Part shown: in pieces, positions 13,771 to 54,911 of the stretch
Layout: each line of letters opens with the position of its first letter
Position numbering within the stretch: position 1 is the first letter of the stretch
NCBI GenBank assembly: GCA_002269645.1
Contig: NIVC01001859.1
Coordinates: 165,136 to 229,135 of the forward strand
Length of the DNA: 64,000 bases
Reading direction: 5' to 3'
From: Macrostomum lignano
Lineage: Eukaryota
Program-made: the position numbers and the translations under genes
Notes under the pieces: model-generated
The model's input: only the letters and a program-made list of their open reading frames with translations
The model's database searches: none
Told to the model about the DNA's origin: nothing

Positions 13771-15194
13771 TTCCGGCCAACATCACAGCCTGGCTGCAGC
13801 GCGATAACCCCGGGGTTCAGACCATAGACTGCAGCTTCTGCTGCTCTCAAGCATTAGCAGCAGCAGCAGCAGCTAGTGTCTGCGGCCCAACCCCCCTCCC
13901 CCCTTGGGGTTTTTGGGGCCTCGGAGACGGCCGCTAAATACATTAAGCGAATTCTGGAGCAACACATCTGGGTAATATAGAAACTGTGACTAAAACTTGC
14001 TTATTGCATTTCCTACGAAACTTGCTCGTAAAATTTCCTAGTAAAAGTGCATAATTATACATGCATATGGTTACGTATATAGTTAGCTAAGTTCTGTGTT
14101 TTTTATAATATAGGCAGAATAATAGTAGTGTGTTTACAATTTCAACATCTGCACTGCACCTGCAGTGTATGCCTAAGTTTATACCTGGAATGTATATAAT
14201 AATACTCTATATCGTGTGTGTGTCCATACTTCTATTTGAACAGTGCTTTTGATAGGCCACTCAACAATATCTAAAATCAATACGGATACGGGAGAGAGGC
14301 TCCTTCATAAATGGTTGTCAGGGTGCTTTGGATACGAAATCGCGTGGGTCTCCAGCTATAAGCAGTTTGTGAAGTTTGAATTTTCACCCACCACTTTTCT
14401 TCTCAAGCCCACACACTTCCTCATTTTTATTAGAGACACAATTCTCTGGCCCTTGTGACTTTTCTTCCCTTGTGCATGTTTCGCCATCAAAATTAACCTA
14501 AAATTAATAAAAATCCTGCCAGTTTAATTAATTAAAGTTATTAAGCCTCATCAACGGGACTTGATCCCAGATTATCGACTTGTGTGTTTGAACTTGCTCC
14601 GTGACTGTCAGGGCAGGTCACGGGAGTGGGGGCAGATTTAATTAGTCTAATTGTAGCCCCAGTGTGGAGAGATATAAATCATGCACGTTCTATTTTTAGA
14701 ACTGGACATTGTCAGGCACAGAATTGGCAAGAAGCGGCCTTGATCAGTATACGTATGTTGTAAAATCGTTCTGACTGCAAAACTGAAAATCAGGTAACAA
14801 AATGACGGAATTGTGATTAAGATTGAATTTTTTTGGTAAATAATCCTTACTAATACGCAAATGTTAACTGCATAGTTAGGATAACTGCCTTTTATAGTTG
14901 GGCGGGACAAAGCCGAGAATTCTAACTGTACATGACTAAATTCCTACATGTACATTATTGTAATTTTGAGAAACGGTGTTGTTTGCACTCAACTTGGCGC
15001 TCTGAAGCATAACTATTGATTTCCATAATAGGTCACTAGGTGGAGTGGGGGACAAACCATTGGCATGGCAACCATAGCGTTTAGGGGGGCATGCCCCCCC
15101 CCACCCCTGGTGGCGACACCCCTGATTGGCGCGCTCGTATGTATGCTCGTATGACTCGTATGCTTTGGAGTCAGCGGAATGGAGGAATTCCCTT

Positions 15195-15770
15195 TTCACA
15201 CCCTCTCCGATCCTTTCCCACCTCCCATCCCTCCTCACCCTCTCCTCTCATCCCTTCTCACCCTCTCCTCCGATCCCTTTTCACCCTCTCCCATCCTTTC
15301 TCACCCTCTCCTCCCATCCCTTCTCACCCTCTCCTCCCATCCCTTCTCACCCTCTCCTCCCATCCCTTCTCACCCTCTCCTCCCATCCCTTCTCACCCTC
15401 TCCTCCAATCCCTTTTCACCCTCTCCAATCCTTTCTCACCCTCTCCTCTTATCCCTTCTCACCCTCTCCTCCTATCCCTTCCCACCCTTTCCTCCCATCC
15501 CTTCTCACCCTCTCCTCCCATCCCTTCTCACCCTCAATTCCCATCCCTTTTCACCCTCTCCCATCCTTTCTCACCCTCTCCTCTTATCCCTTCTCACCCT
15601 TTCCTCCCATCTCTTCTCACCCTCCTCCCATCTCTTCTCACCCTCCTCCCATCCCTTCTCACCCTCTCCTCCCATCCCTTCTCACCCTCTCCTCCCATCC
15701 CTTCTCACCCTCTCCTCCCATCCCTTCTCAGCCTCTCCTCCCATCCCTTCTGAGTCTTTTCTCCCATCCA
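15195..15770. repeat. 23-bp pyrimidine-rich minisatellite
   Basis: ccatcccttctcaccctctcctc units. Confidence 0.94.
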
Positions 15771-16329
15771 TTTTCACTCTCCGAACCGGCTGTGTTTTAT
15801 AGCAGGCATCATCAGATAGGTAAAGGGGAAAACGGATGCTTGACTGACTGGTCCGTTTGTGACTGAGAAAATAAGCACAAACCAGAAAACATCTTAGATA
15901 TTAGCATGTCTACCATTCTCCTCTTCCCCCTTTGTGCATTGAATTGGAAAGCAGCTATCTAACTGTATCTGTGCACAAATATTTATTGGCACCCTGTTTA
16001 TTACTGCCACCCTTTACAGCGCATATCTGCATCCCAGAAAAATGACATAAAAATATAGAAATTGTCTTTGTCATATCTATACATGTATTTCTCTCAATGC
16101 GCGTACAAATGCATTTTGTGTGTCTTTACGCATTGCTAATTCTGTTTGATTTGCAGCCTGCTCATCTGCGCAATGTGCTCTAACCATTGTCGTGTTGAGG
16201 GCAATTATTGCATTTTCAGTTGGAGCTTGTCTCCATGTCAGAGATGCAGTGTTGGCTGCCTGTCCAATGCGATGCTGTCTGTGTTGCTGAGTTAGCTTAA
16301 TCCATCCCGTTGGGGGGGCAGTGGAGATA

Positions 16330-17538
16330 CAGGGTAAAGGTTAGAGAAAGGATAGAGAGGTACATAGAAGAGGGGAGGGGAGAGAGAGAGTAGGGAGAAT
16401 TAGAGGGGCAGATATAGAGTAGGGAAAAGTAGAGAGGCAGATAGAGTAAAGAGAAGTAGAGAGATAGAGCAGAGTAGGGAGAACTAGAGAGGTAGATAGA
16501 GAGTAGGGAGAAGTTAGAGAGGTAGATAGAGAGTAGGGAAAAGTAGAGAGATAGAGCAGAGTAGGGAGAGTTAGAGAGGTAGATAGAGAGTAGGAAGAAG
16601 TAGACAGGTAGATAGAGAGTAGGGCGAAGTAGACAGGTAGATAGAGAGTAGGGCGAAGTAGACAGGTAGATAGAGAGTAGGGAGAAGTAGACAGGTAGAT
16701 AGAGAGTAGGGAGAAGTAGACAGGTAGATAGAGAGTAGGGAGAAGTAGACAGGTAGAGCAGAGTAGGGAGAGTTAGAGAGGTAGATAGAGAGTAGGAAGA
16801 AGTAGACAGGTAGATAGAGAGTAGGGAGAAGTAGACAGGTAGATACAGAGTAGGGAGAAGTAGACAGTAGATAGAGAGAAGGGAGAAGTAGAGAGGTAGA
16901 GCAGAGTAGGGAGAGTTAGAGAGGTAGATAGAGAGTAGGGCGAAGTAGACAGGTAGATAGAGAGTAGGGAGAAGTAGACAGGTAGATAGAGAGTAGGGAG
17001 AAGTAGACAGTAGATAGAGAGTAGGGAGAAGTAGAGAGATAGAGCAGAGTAGGGAGAGTTAGAGAGGTAGATAGAGAGTAGGGCGAAGTAGACAGGTAGA
17101 TAGAGAGTAGGGAGAAGTAGACAGGTAGATACAGAGTAAGGAGAAGTAGACAGTAGATAGAGAGTAGGGAGAAGTAGAGAGGTAGAGCAGAGTAGGGAGA
17201 GTTAGAGAGGTAGATAGAGAGTAGGAAGAAGTAGACAGGTAGATAGAGAGTAGGGCGAAGTAGACAGGTAGATAGAGAGTAGGGCGAAGTAGACAGGTAG
17301 ATAGAGAGTAGGGAGAAGTAGACAGGTAGATAGAGAGTAGGGAGAAGTAGACAGGTAGATAGAGAGTAGGGAGAAGTAGACAGGTAGAGCAGAGTAGGGA
17401 GAAGTAGACAGGTAGATAGAGAGTAGGGAGAAGTAGACAGGTAGATAGAGAGTAGGGAGAAGTAGACAGGTAGATAGAGAGTAGGGAGAACTAGACAGGT
17501 AGATAGAGAGTAGGGAGAAGTAGACAGGTAGATAGAGA
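16330..17538. repeat. 29-bp purine-rich minisatellite (resumes briefly at ~18126-18185)
   Basis: gatagagagtagggagaagtagacaggta units. Confidence 0.95.
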
Positions 17539-18125
17539 GACCGGCAGACCCGGTCCAGAATGGGGAAGCGAACCCCTTAAGCGACGAAATATGTTATATT
17601 TGTAATTTAAAAAAGAAAAAAATTGCCAAAATTACGCTGACTCAGCGGCCGCGACGCGTGACTAAATAGCGTAGAGCAGAGGGGGAGACTGCCCTAAGCC
17701 CTGCACGCACGCAGAGCACCAGCACCAGCACCCCACCAACCCACCAAAGCGAGGCCAGGCCGGCGCGTGGGGTTTTAAAACCAGTTAGAGTCAGAATACC
17801 TGCCCCACACTGACGTATTAAACCCCAAAAGACTAACGCAGAGTAAAAGCAAGTGGCACAAAAGACCTGCAGACGCGGTCCAGAAAGGGGAAGCGAACCC
17901 CAACACCAACCAACACCAACAAAAAGAGGGAAGAAGGAGACAAGCGTGCCAAATCAAATCAACAAGCCGCAGAAATAAAAAAACGAAAAAGCCAGGTCAC
18001 AGCACTAGCCCTAAGACTCGCACCTGAGCTCGGGATCTGCTTCAGCCGTCGCAACTCGCTCCGCTCGAGAACCGCGCCAGAGACCGAGGCTCAGAGCGAG
18101 CGACGCCTGTTCAAGCAACCGGCGA
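17539..18125. mobile_element. Probable ~590-bp inserted element fragment interrupting the 29-bp satellite
   Basis: Unique sequence with the same satellite on both sides; internal 38-bp direct repeat at 17539-17576 and 17864-17901. No RT or transposase motif recognised. Confidence 0.4.
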
Positions 18126-18372
18126 AGAGTAGGGAGAAGTAGAGAGGTAGATAGAGAGTAGGGAGAAGTAGAGGCAAGTAGAGAGAGATTATGTAAATGG
18201 ATGCTCAAATGAAGCACGCAGTGAATTTCCAGAGCGGTCTCAATGCTGGCTAACTGGCTGTCTACAATTGACTTTCTTTATCGCAACCGTTTCTGAAAAA
18301 TAAATCTCTCCTATACACAACACCGTCCACCTACTAAACACCCCTACAGCATCTCCGCCTCATCAACTGATA

Positions 18373-20295
<1,923 letters not shown>

Positions 20296-20590
20296 GGAGG
20301 ATAATGTCGTTTCTACCATTTCGCCGCGTCGCCCAGCCCGGCAGGAACGGCGTGGCCGGTGGCTTATTTATTGAAGTAAAGCTGGCCTGCTCAGTACCGA
20401 TGAGCTTCAAGGCGGGGTAATCATGGTGGGGTAGGGGATCAGGTCAAGGCTGGCCTAGAAGGTGTAGCAGTTGATCTTAGCTCAGCTGCTAATGGCCTGA
20501 AGTTCAGACGGGGGAGTATGAATTCAAGAAGATGGAACTGCTTTGGAATAAAGATTTATTAACTAGTTTGTGTACATTAGCGAAGGTTGG

Positions 20591-21265
20591 TATACTGTGA
20601 GAGTATGAGAAATAGAACACGGTAGATATACTGTGAGAGTATGAGAAATAGAACACGGTAGATATACTGTGAGAGTATGAGAAATAGAACACGGTAGATA
20701 TACTGTGAGAGTATGAGAAATAGAACACGGTAGATATACTGTGAGAGTATGAGAAATAGAACACGGTAGATATACTGTGAGAGTATGAGAAATAGAACAC
20801 GGTAGATATACTGTGAGAGTATGAGAAATAGAACACGGTAGATATACTGTGAGAGTATGAGAGATAGAACACGGTAGATATACTGTGGGAGTATGAGAGA
20901 TAGAACACGGTAGATATACTGTGAGAGTATGAGAGATAGAACACGGTAGATATACTGTGAGAGTATGAGAGATAGAACACGGTAGATATACTGTGGGAGT
21001 ATGAGAGATAGAACACGGTAGATATACTGTGGGAGTATGAGAGATAGAACAGGGTAGATATACTGTGGGAGTATGAGAGATAGAACACGGTAGATATACT
21101 GTGGGAGTATGAGAGATAGAACACGGTAGATATACTGTGAGAGTATGAGAGATAAAACACAGTAGATATACTGTAGGAGTATGAGAGATAGAACACAGTA
21201 GATATACTATGAGAGTATGAGAGATAGAACACGGTAGATATACTGTGAGAGTATGAGAGATGAGT
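20591..21265. repeat. 36-bp minisatellite, ~18 copies
   Basis: tatactgtgagagtatgagaaatagaacacggtaga at 20591, 20627 and onward; no spacers. Confidence 0.96.
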
Positions 21266-21811
21266 ATGAGAACAGATTTGATTATTGAAGCCCCCCCCTC
21301 GTATAAAACTATTCGGATCACCAATATTTAATTGTACACAGAAACGCAGTATTAATAAACTCATGCAAATCCTGAGCAACCCTAAAATTCTTTCGTCTTG
21401 GCCTGACTTTACATAGAATCATATTATTGAGTCCAAACTTTTTATTTCAGGCTTTTCCGCTGTCTTAATACCCTCGACTCCTCAGCTTATTCACCCCATT
21501 GCATCCCTCTGCGGTCCTTCCTTTCTGATATTTCTATTTCAAGACGCAGATTAATTTAATTATTGGCACTCCCCTTGGCTATATGGGCTGTCTTCTTCTA
21601 TCCTGAATGAACCGAAAGACTCTGTCTATCAGTTCCTAGTTTCATTTTTACGACAATTCTGCTCTGTTTATATCCTGTTGTACCATTGTGCAATATTTCG
21701 GGCAAAATTTTTTTTATTGATTTTCTGTAATCGAGAGAAGTTCAGAGTAACTCATGGATAATCTGGGCCAAGTCTTAAATTACAGTTGCTAACTGACTGC
21801 GCTATCAGTCG

Positions 21812-22272
21812 ACTGTCCACTGTCCACTATCTACTGTACACTGTCTACTGTACACTGTCTACTGTCTACTGTCCACTGTCCCCACTGTCTACTGTCCACT
21901 GTCCACTGTCCCCACTGTCCACTGTACACTGTCTACTGTACACTGTCTACTGTACACTGTCTACTGTCTACTGTCCACTGTCCCCACTGTCCACTGTCCA
22001 CTGTCTACTGTCCACTGTCTACTGTACACTATCTACTGTCCACTGTCCCCACTGTCCACTGTCCACTGTCTACTGTCCACTGTCTACTGTACACTGTCCA
22101 CTGTCTACTGTCCACTGTCCCCACTGTCCAGTCTACTGTCCATTTTCCAATGTCTACTGTCCATTGTCCAATGTCTACTGTCCACTGTCCAATGTCTACT
22201 GTCCATTGTCTACTGTCTACTGTCCACTGTCTCCACTGTCCACTGTCTACTGTCTACTATCTGTTTACTGTC
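21812..22272. repeat. Degenerate (CTACTG/CCACTG)-type short repeat
   Basis: Direct reading. Confidence 0.92.
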
Positions 22273-22704
22273 TACTAACTTATATCTCTTTACTATTTGA
22301 ACGTGTTTAGACTGTCCAAATATTAAATTTATTTACGTTTCCTTTTCAGACTACTGCAATTGATCATTCTAAGTAGTATTATTAGCTTTAATTTCGGGCA
22401 AAAACGTGTTAAGATGCCAAAATTGTAATAACCCTCCCCCGATTCTCATCAGAAGCTGTAAAACAAGCACTCTGTCATCGATTTATTAATACGAAACTCA
22501 TCTCAAGTTCTCGCTCTTTCCGAAAAATACGAACATAAATTAATAAATCCACTTATTCTCCCCTCTGGGAGACGTTTATTGGCTGGCTGTTGTGGAAGTT
22601 CCCGAACACACGAGTCTTCCGTATATTAATTCCCTCTGAGATGCAGGCATTGCGAGATCTCCGTAGCTTTTGGGTTTTCCGCTTAGCCTTAGACTTTCTT
22701 AGAA

Positions 22705-22791
22705 ATGATTGTCGCCAGAACTTCTACCACGGTTCACTCTGCTCGGAATGCAGAGTCTCGGAATTGGAGTTCGAGACTGTCCGCGATTGAG
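22705..22791 (+). CDS. Candidate alternative first coding exon of the DPP6/10-like gene
   Basis: ttcttag-aa-ATG, 29 codons MIVARTSTTVHSARNAESRNWSSRLSAIE, phase-0 donor GTGAGA compatible with the exon at 32655. Confidence 0.3.
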
Positions 22792-23494
22792 GTGAGATTG
22801 TGAGTTTGTCTGTCCTTTTAATATGGTCATGAGGGGGTAGACTCATGCTGAGATTGGATGAGATAGATAGATTCAAGATCGATTGTAGGATTAGAGACTT
22901 AGTGAGATTGAAGTCATGAACACTGAGATTAGATGAGATCAATGCTAAGATTGTATAAGATAAATATCAGATTATATATATATAAGATTAGATCAGATAA
23001 TGAGATTGTATGAGATAGATAGTGAGATTAGATAAGAAAGATAGTGAGTTTAATGGGAAAGGTAGTGAGATTAGATGGGAAAGATAGCGAGATTAGATGA
23101 GATCTGATGAGAAAGTGAGATGAGAAAATCAGCAATATAAACCGAGTCACTAAATTTGACGCAATTAACAAAATATTGAAAAGATAAACCAAACGGTAGA
23201 TGAATTGCATTGCTGATGCAGCAGCCGCTCCAGCACACGGCACTGGTTGAGTTCAATATTGAATTCCATAATTTTAATCGGCTGCGCCTGTCAGCAATTT
23301 CCGGTCTCGCTCAGCTTTGCCAATTCTGAGCTAAGGATTTTTTGCATCCAATCATGACTGCAGCCACCTGCAGCTACTGTCTCAGCCGCGAATTCATTTT
23401 TACCACTCTCTCAAAATTTTCCTAGATTAAGAGCTGCAGAGATCATAAAGAGCTTTTGAGGGATTGATACTGTAGGTCTCAATTAGCTGCTGCA

Positions 23495-23830
<336 letters not shown>

Positions 23831-24349
23831 CATGCTGGCCACCAGGGCAGCGGGGCTTGAGGACTGCAGATTTGGACTCAACTTTTAATCGGTTCGAGGT
23901 GATCGAGTTTCCAGTTTAAATTATTTTCATCTTTGGCTTAGCTTGTCTTCATCTCTGACATTCCGTTTCTCTGGTAGTCACTCCATCGTTTGATCTTCGG
24001 TGTCAATATTTTAAGGAGAGGCGACACTGTTCCTTGCATTTCATAATCAGAAATATTTTATCGAAAGTATCGACGATTTTATTTGTAAATGAGAAATCTG
24101 GAAAGATCATATTTTTTTAATCTATTTAATTTTTGTTCTTAAATTTATTACGATCTGATGAATGCCAACTAGTTATGGGACAGATTTTATTAAATATTTT
24201 GCACTTATTGCAGTTCGAAGTCAACATTGAAGATTTTAGAAGATTTTCTAACTTTACTACTGTCGAGTAAGCAGAGCAGCATATATAATAAGGAAATGAC
24301 TTGAGGATACACAACTCTCCTTTTAAAATAAAATTAGGAATCTTAAATG

Positions 24350-25105
24350 GAAGGAATCCTCCTCAAGGAGAATCCAAAAGAAATGGAATCCGTAAAGGAG
24401 AATCCCAAATGGAGAGAATCCTCGAGGAGAATCCCAAATAAAGGGAATCCATAAAGGAGAATCCCAAAATGGAGGGAATCCTCGAGGAGAATCTCAAATG
24501 AAGGGAATGCTCCCAAAGGAATGGAATCCGTAAAGGAGAATCCCAAATGGAGGGAATCCATAAAGGAGAATCCCAAATGGAGGGAATTCATAAAGGAGAA
24601 TCCCAAATGGAGGGAATCCGTATAGGAGAATTCCAAATGGAGCGAATCCGTAAAGGAGAATCCCAAACGAAGGGTATCCATAAAGGAGAATCCCAAAGGG
24701 AGGGAATCCTCGAGGAGAATCTCAAATGAAGGAAATGCTCCCAAAGGAATTGAATCCGTAAAGGAGAATCCCAAATGGAGGGAATCCGTAAAGGAGAATC
24801 CCAAATGGAGGGAATTCATAAAGGAGAATCCCAAATCGAGAGAATCCGTTAAGGAGAATCCCAAATGGGGCGAATCCGTAAAGGAGAATCCCAAATGGTG
24901 GGAATTGTCGAGGAGAATCCCAAATGGAGGGAATCCGTAAAGGAGAATCCCAAATGGAGGGAATTCATAAAGGAGAATCCCAAATGGAGGGAATCCGTAA
25001 AGGAGAATTCCAAATGGAGCGAATCCGTAAAGGAGAATCCCAAATGGTGGGAATTGTCGAGGAGAATCCCAAATGGAGGGAATCCGTAAAGGAGAATCCC
25101 AAATA
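24350..25105. repeat. 30-bp minisatellite with variant blocks
   Basis: gaatccgtaaaggagaatcccaaatggagg units. Confidence 0.95.
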
Positions 25106-25669
25106 GGAAGGACATCCCCTTAGGAGAATGTCGAACAGAAAGGACAGTGAATCAGCGCAGAATAGTTTATCCCCGCAGTGCACTTTTAGCTCGGAACTCA
25201 AGGAAGCTACTGATAGTAATATTATTTTAATATTCCCTCTCGCTGCCATTCGTTTCCTTGATATTGACAATTGAGAACTCTCTGTAGAGAAGCGCTAAGC
25301 ACGAATCGCCCAATTTTCAGTCAAACAGACAATATAAATTAAAATTGAAAACATGTCTCATTCTAGTTGCATTGCCAGACTGAAAAGGCTTCTTGCTGTC
25401 TTTTTAGCCATAGCAACTAAAAGACTCCTACAGGGTGCACACCCGGGCAGCCAATAGCAAGCCCTTGACGGGAAAATCGTCCCTAGCAAACAGATTTTCC
25501 CTACTTCATTCAGCCGCACTGGGCTTTGCTTCCGTCTGCCTCACCCTGTGCAACACGGCACTGCCCCCACCCCCTTGTATTCTGCATAATTCGAACGCAG
25601 AACCGAAACAGACGGGGATCATAACAACAGGTTGCGCCTGACTTTTATTTAAAATTATTATTATCAGAC

Positions 25670-46536
<20,867 letters not shown>

Positions 46537-47899
46537 GCCATGATATAACTCTTGGGCGATTTGAATTCGTGCGAATTTTATACGAGCTACGTAAACACAT
46601 ACAGTTGACAATAATAATTATTACTAATCAGACATGTAATAGGGCCTACAGTAATTAAATTATCCAGTATTAAGTAAGCATCATTATTCAGTGTTCTTAT
46701 TTTATCATTCTATTGAATTGATTTTTTAAAATTTGTTTTAAAAATTTGTTAATAGTTAGTTTCTTGTTTTTATTTAGCTCTCGAAATAAAAAACAGACAT
46801 TAACGTCGAGATATTTACACGCTCTTCGGGTAATTCATAATTCATATGTACAGCCAATAGTCAACAAGCAAAATACGCATATTTTGTTTAGTAATTATAT
46901 TTTAACCTTCTTTACCTTCTGAGATATTCTATAAATATGAAATTATTCATTCTTAATACCCATTATTTGTGTACAGTTTTAAAAATGTGAAACGCTCATG
47001 TTGAACCTGCAGAATAGTATAATGATGATGCAATGTTTTATTATCAGCTATTTCTTAAAGATTATGATTGGAATTTTTCAATAAAAGTACACAATATGTT
47101 TCTCATGCACCCATTGTATCTTGGTCGTGCTCTCGATAATGATTGCTTATTACTTCCCAGTTCCCAGTTATCTGTGAGCTAAGTGTATATGTGTTTGTTT
47201 TTCTAGCTAATTTTGTGAATAAGGTCCTCGTATTGAAATTTTGCGAAGTTCTATTAGGATTTTTTGTGTCACGACTAATTAAACAACTAATATTTTACAA
47301 CTTAGGTGGAGTATAGAAAATTATCCTAAATCTTCCCAGTATTTCTACTGTAGGTAAATAAAGAAGTTAATAGAATTCGTTATGTTTTACCCCTGCAAAA
47401 TTCTGCTATTTCTACCGTAAGTAGAGTATCGAGAAAACTTTTAGGCAAATAATTTCATTAGACTTAGAGGGGTTCTGCTTTTTAAAGTTACCGTACCGTT
47501 TTCTACCACTTTCCTAGCATAACCATGACCGCAACCTAAATCATAAAACTGTAAACCTATCCTAAAACCTACATGAAGCTCTAACCTAAACGCTCTCCCT
47601 ATTCAAGAACTAAGCTACCTTATTTGTATGAGTCTTCGCACAATGCCATTAAATAATACACAGGTAGCGGATCGTATTACAATCGCTGAAGGCTGCAAAG
47701 GCCACACCCGCATTGTGTAGCGGATTTGTCCGTTTGACTGAAGTCCCACGATGCACAGCTAACAGATATTAGTTGCCACGCCCCTGTAAATTCATCTCTG
47801 AGATCTGTAGCTTGAATGCAGATATTTTCTAGAATACTGTTAATGCTACTTGCGATAAAATTTCTCCAACTATATGGTCCAAATTACTAATACAAGGTG

Positions 47900-49200
47900 C
47901 TTCTTGTCAGTGTTTTCTATACCTGTCAGAGGTAATTCTTGTCAGTGTCTTCTATACCTGTCAGAGATGCTTCTTGTCAGTGTTTTCTATACCTGTCAGA
48001 GGTGCTTCTTGTCAGTGTTTTCTATACCTGTCAAAGATGCTTCTTGTCAGTGTTTTCTATACCTGTCAGAGATGCTTCTTGTCAGTGTTTTCTATACCTG
48101 TCAGAGATGCTTCTTGTCAGTGTCTTCTAAACCTGTCAGAGATGCTTCTTGTCAGTGTCTTCTATACCTGTCAGAGGTAATTCTTGTCAGTGTCTTCTAT
48201 ACCTGTCAGAGGTAATTCTTGTCAGTGTTTTCTATACCTGTCAGAGATGCTTCTTGTCAGTGTCTTCTATACCTGTCAGAGGTAATTCTTGTCAGTGTTT
48301 TCTATACCTGTCAGAGGTAATTCTTGTCAGTGTTTTCTATACCTGTCAGAGGTAATTCTTGTCAGTGTCTTCTATACCTGTCAGAGGTAATTCTTGTCAG
48401 TGTCTTCTAAACCTGTCAGAGATGCTTCTTGTCAGTGTCTTCTATACCTGTCAGAGGTAATTCTTGTCAGTGTCTTCTAAACCTGTCAGAGATGCTTCTT
48501 GTCAGTGTTTTCTATACCTGTCAGAGATGCTTCTTGTCAGTGTTTTCTATACCTGTCAGAGATGCTTCTTGTCAGTGTCTTCTAAACCTGTCAGAGATGC
48601 TTCTTGTCAGTGTCTTCTAAACCTGTCAGAGATGCTTCTTGTCAGTGTCTTCTATACCTGTCAGAGGTAATTCTTGTCAGTGTCTTCTATACCTGTCAGA
48701 GGTAATTCTTGTCAGTGTTTTCTATACCTGTCAGAGTAATTCTTGTCAGTGTCTTCTATACCTGTCAGAGGTAATTCTTGTCAGTGTTTTCTATACCTGT
48801 CAGAGGTGCTTCTTGTCAGTGTTTTCTATACCTGTCAGAGGTAATTCTTGTCAGTGTCTTCTATACCTGTCAGAGGTAATTCTTGTCAGTGTCTTCTAAA
48901 CCTGTCAGAGATGCTTCTTGTCAGTGTCTTCTATACCTGTCAGAGGTAATTCTTGTCAGTGTCTTCTAAACCTGTCAGAGATGCTTCTTGTCAGTGTCTT
49001 CTATACCTGTCAGAGGTAATTCTTGTCAGTGTCTTCTAAACCTGTCAGAGATGCTTCTTGTCAGTGTCTTCTATACCTGTCAGAGGTAATTCTTGTCAGT
49101 GTCTTCTAAACCTGTCAGAGATGCTTCTTGTTAGTGTCTTCTAAACCTGTCAGAGATACTTCTTGTCAGTGTCTTCTAAACCTGTCAGAGGTAATTCTTG
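47900..49200. repeat. 35-bp minisatellite
   Basis: cttgtcagtgttttctatacctgtcagagatgctt units. Confidence 0.96.
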
Positions 49201-49736
49201 TCAATGTCTTCTAAACAAGAACCACTGAGCATATCAAAGCTCGCAAATTTGATCATTGAGTTCAATAATTTTTTCACCCGCGGCCAGGGACTACTGACTG
49301 GAGGATGCGACACCCTGATTGCAGCTGTTGCATGCCGCATTTCCTTCTCTCTGTCTCTGCACCTGTCTCTACCACCCATGAACCCTCCCCCCTCCCCCCC
49401 CCCAGATGCAAATCTATGGCTATCAACTTGATCTGCTTCTCATTTACAAAAGCTAGCAAAGCGGGGCGCGATCGAGTCAGTGTGCTCACTGGGGAGGAGG
49501 GGATGCAGCGCCGGTTGAGTCGGGACTGGAGAGGCTTGCATGCGATCTCAACTGAGAGGACAAATGAGCGGCCTCCTGCTCATCCACATCACCTCCGCAT
49601 CATCCTCCCATGCTCAAATCCTACTCACCTCTTATTAATTATCCGCTGCAATGGATCGCCGATTCTGAGTTCTAATGAAGACCCGTTATATCCCTGTCTG
49701 ACTGTCTGTTTGTCCGTCAGTCTTTTGGATTGTTCA

Positions 49737-53670
<3,934 letters not shown>

Positions 53671-53784
53671 TGGCTCCGCGCGTTTCCATGGTTACCTCGA
53701 TAGTGGAAGTGGACGCGATGGACAAATAAGGATTCAGACACTTTCTCTGCGGCACTCTACTTTTGCATGTCGCCTATCAAGTGT

Positions 53785-54150
53785 TTGTCATTCTTTATCA
53801 CTCTTTATCTCTCTGTCACTCTTTGTCTCTTTGTCACTCTTTATCTGTTTGTCACTCTTTGTCTCTTTGTCACTCTTTATCTCTTTGTCACTCTTTGTCT
53901 CTTTGTCACTCTTTGTCTCTTTGTCACTCTATATCTCTTTTTCACTCTATATCTCTTTGTCACTCTATATCTCTTTGTCACTCTTTGTCTCTTTGTCACT
54001 CTTTATCCCTTTGTCACTCTTTGTCTCTTTGTCACTCTATATCTCTTTGTCACTCTTTGTCTCTTTGTCACTCTTTGTCTCTTTGTCACTCTTTGTCTCT
54101 TTGTCACTCTTTGTCTCTTTGTCACTCTTTGTCTCTTTATCACTCATTGT
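53785..54150. repeat. 18-bp minisatellite
   Basis: ctctttgtcactctttgt units. Confidence 0.94.
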
Positions 54151-54911
54151 GTCGCTCGTTATGTCACTGATCGAGTATTTGTCAGTAATTAACCCCCTGT
54201 TTATGTTCAGGTCATTAAAAATATTTATTTTCATTGTTTTACTATTGCTTCTCACTAATGCCGGGAAATATTCTAGACATAATATTCCTACATACAATTC
54301 AGTTTTCTTTGATCAGAAATTTTCCCGATTAATTAGAATAGCTCATTGTTATTATCCGTAGTATAGACCCTCACTCGTCTCTTTGCAAACGCTTTGAGTA
54401 CATGTACACTCACACTGTATTAGTACCTTTGCTCCGACTTACTCGGCGGCCACCGACTCGAATCTCAAAGCTGATTAGGACTGCTCAAGAGACTAGAAAG
54501 GCTTGTAACTATAAAGCACCCATCTCCAGTTACCAGATTGGCCTAATGACCACGTGCAGTCGTTAATCCCGTAATCCTTAGTGTACAGAGCCTTACTTTG
54601 ACTATGACTTACATGACATGAATAATACGACTTTGCAATTTACAAGTTCTCTGCATCAGTTTATCAACTCGATTTTATTAGATTCGAGCAGAACTATAGA
54701 GTTAACTTTCAGAGAAAATATTGTATTTTTTCCCAGCTAGACCTACAGATTGCCCACTGGTTCTGTAATATGCTTATACAGATAATTAAAAGAAAATAAA
54801 AAGTTTTCGCCGCGTTCCAGATTTGGCCCCCTGGATTAAAAAAGGATTCGAGTTGCACAGATAGATATTTTTTTTAGAGATGAAAAATTCTTGATACAGA
54901 AAACATGGTCA

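Noticed and set aside
14545-14612. Possible tRNA/SINE B-box on the minus strand (gggatcaagtcccg)
   Set aside because: No cloverleaf could be folded and the A-box is poor; at most a decayed SINE remnant.
20591-21265. 36-bp repeat array of CRISPR-like unit length
   Set aside because: Head-to-tail units with no unique spacers, no cas genes and a eukaryotic context.
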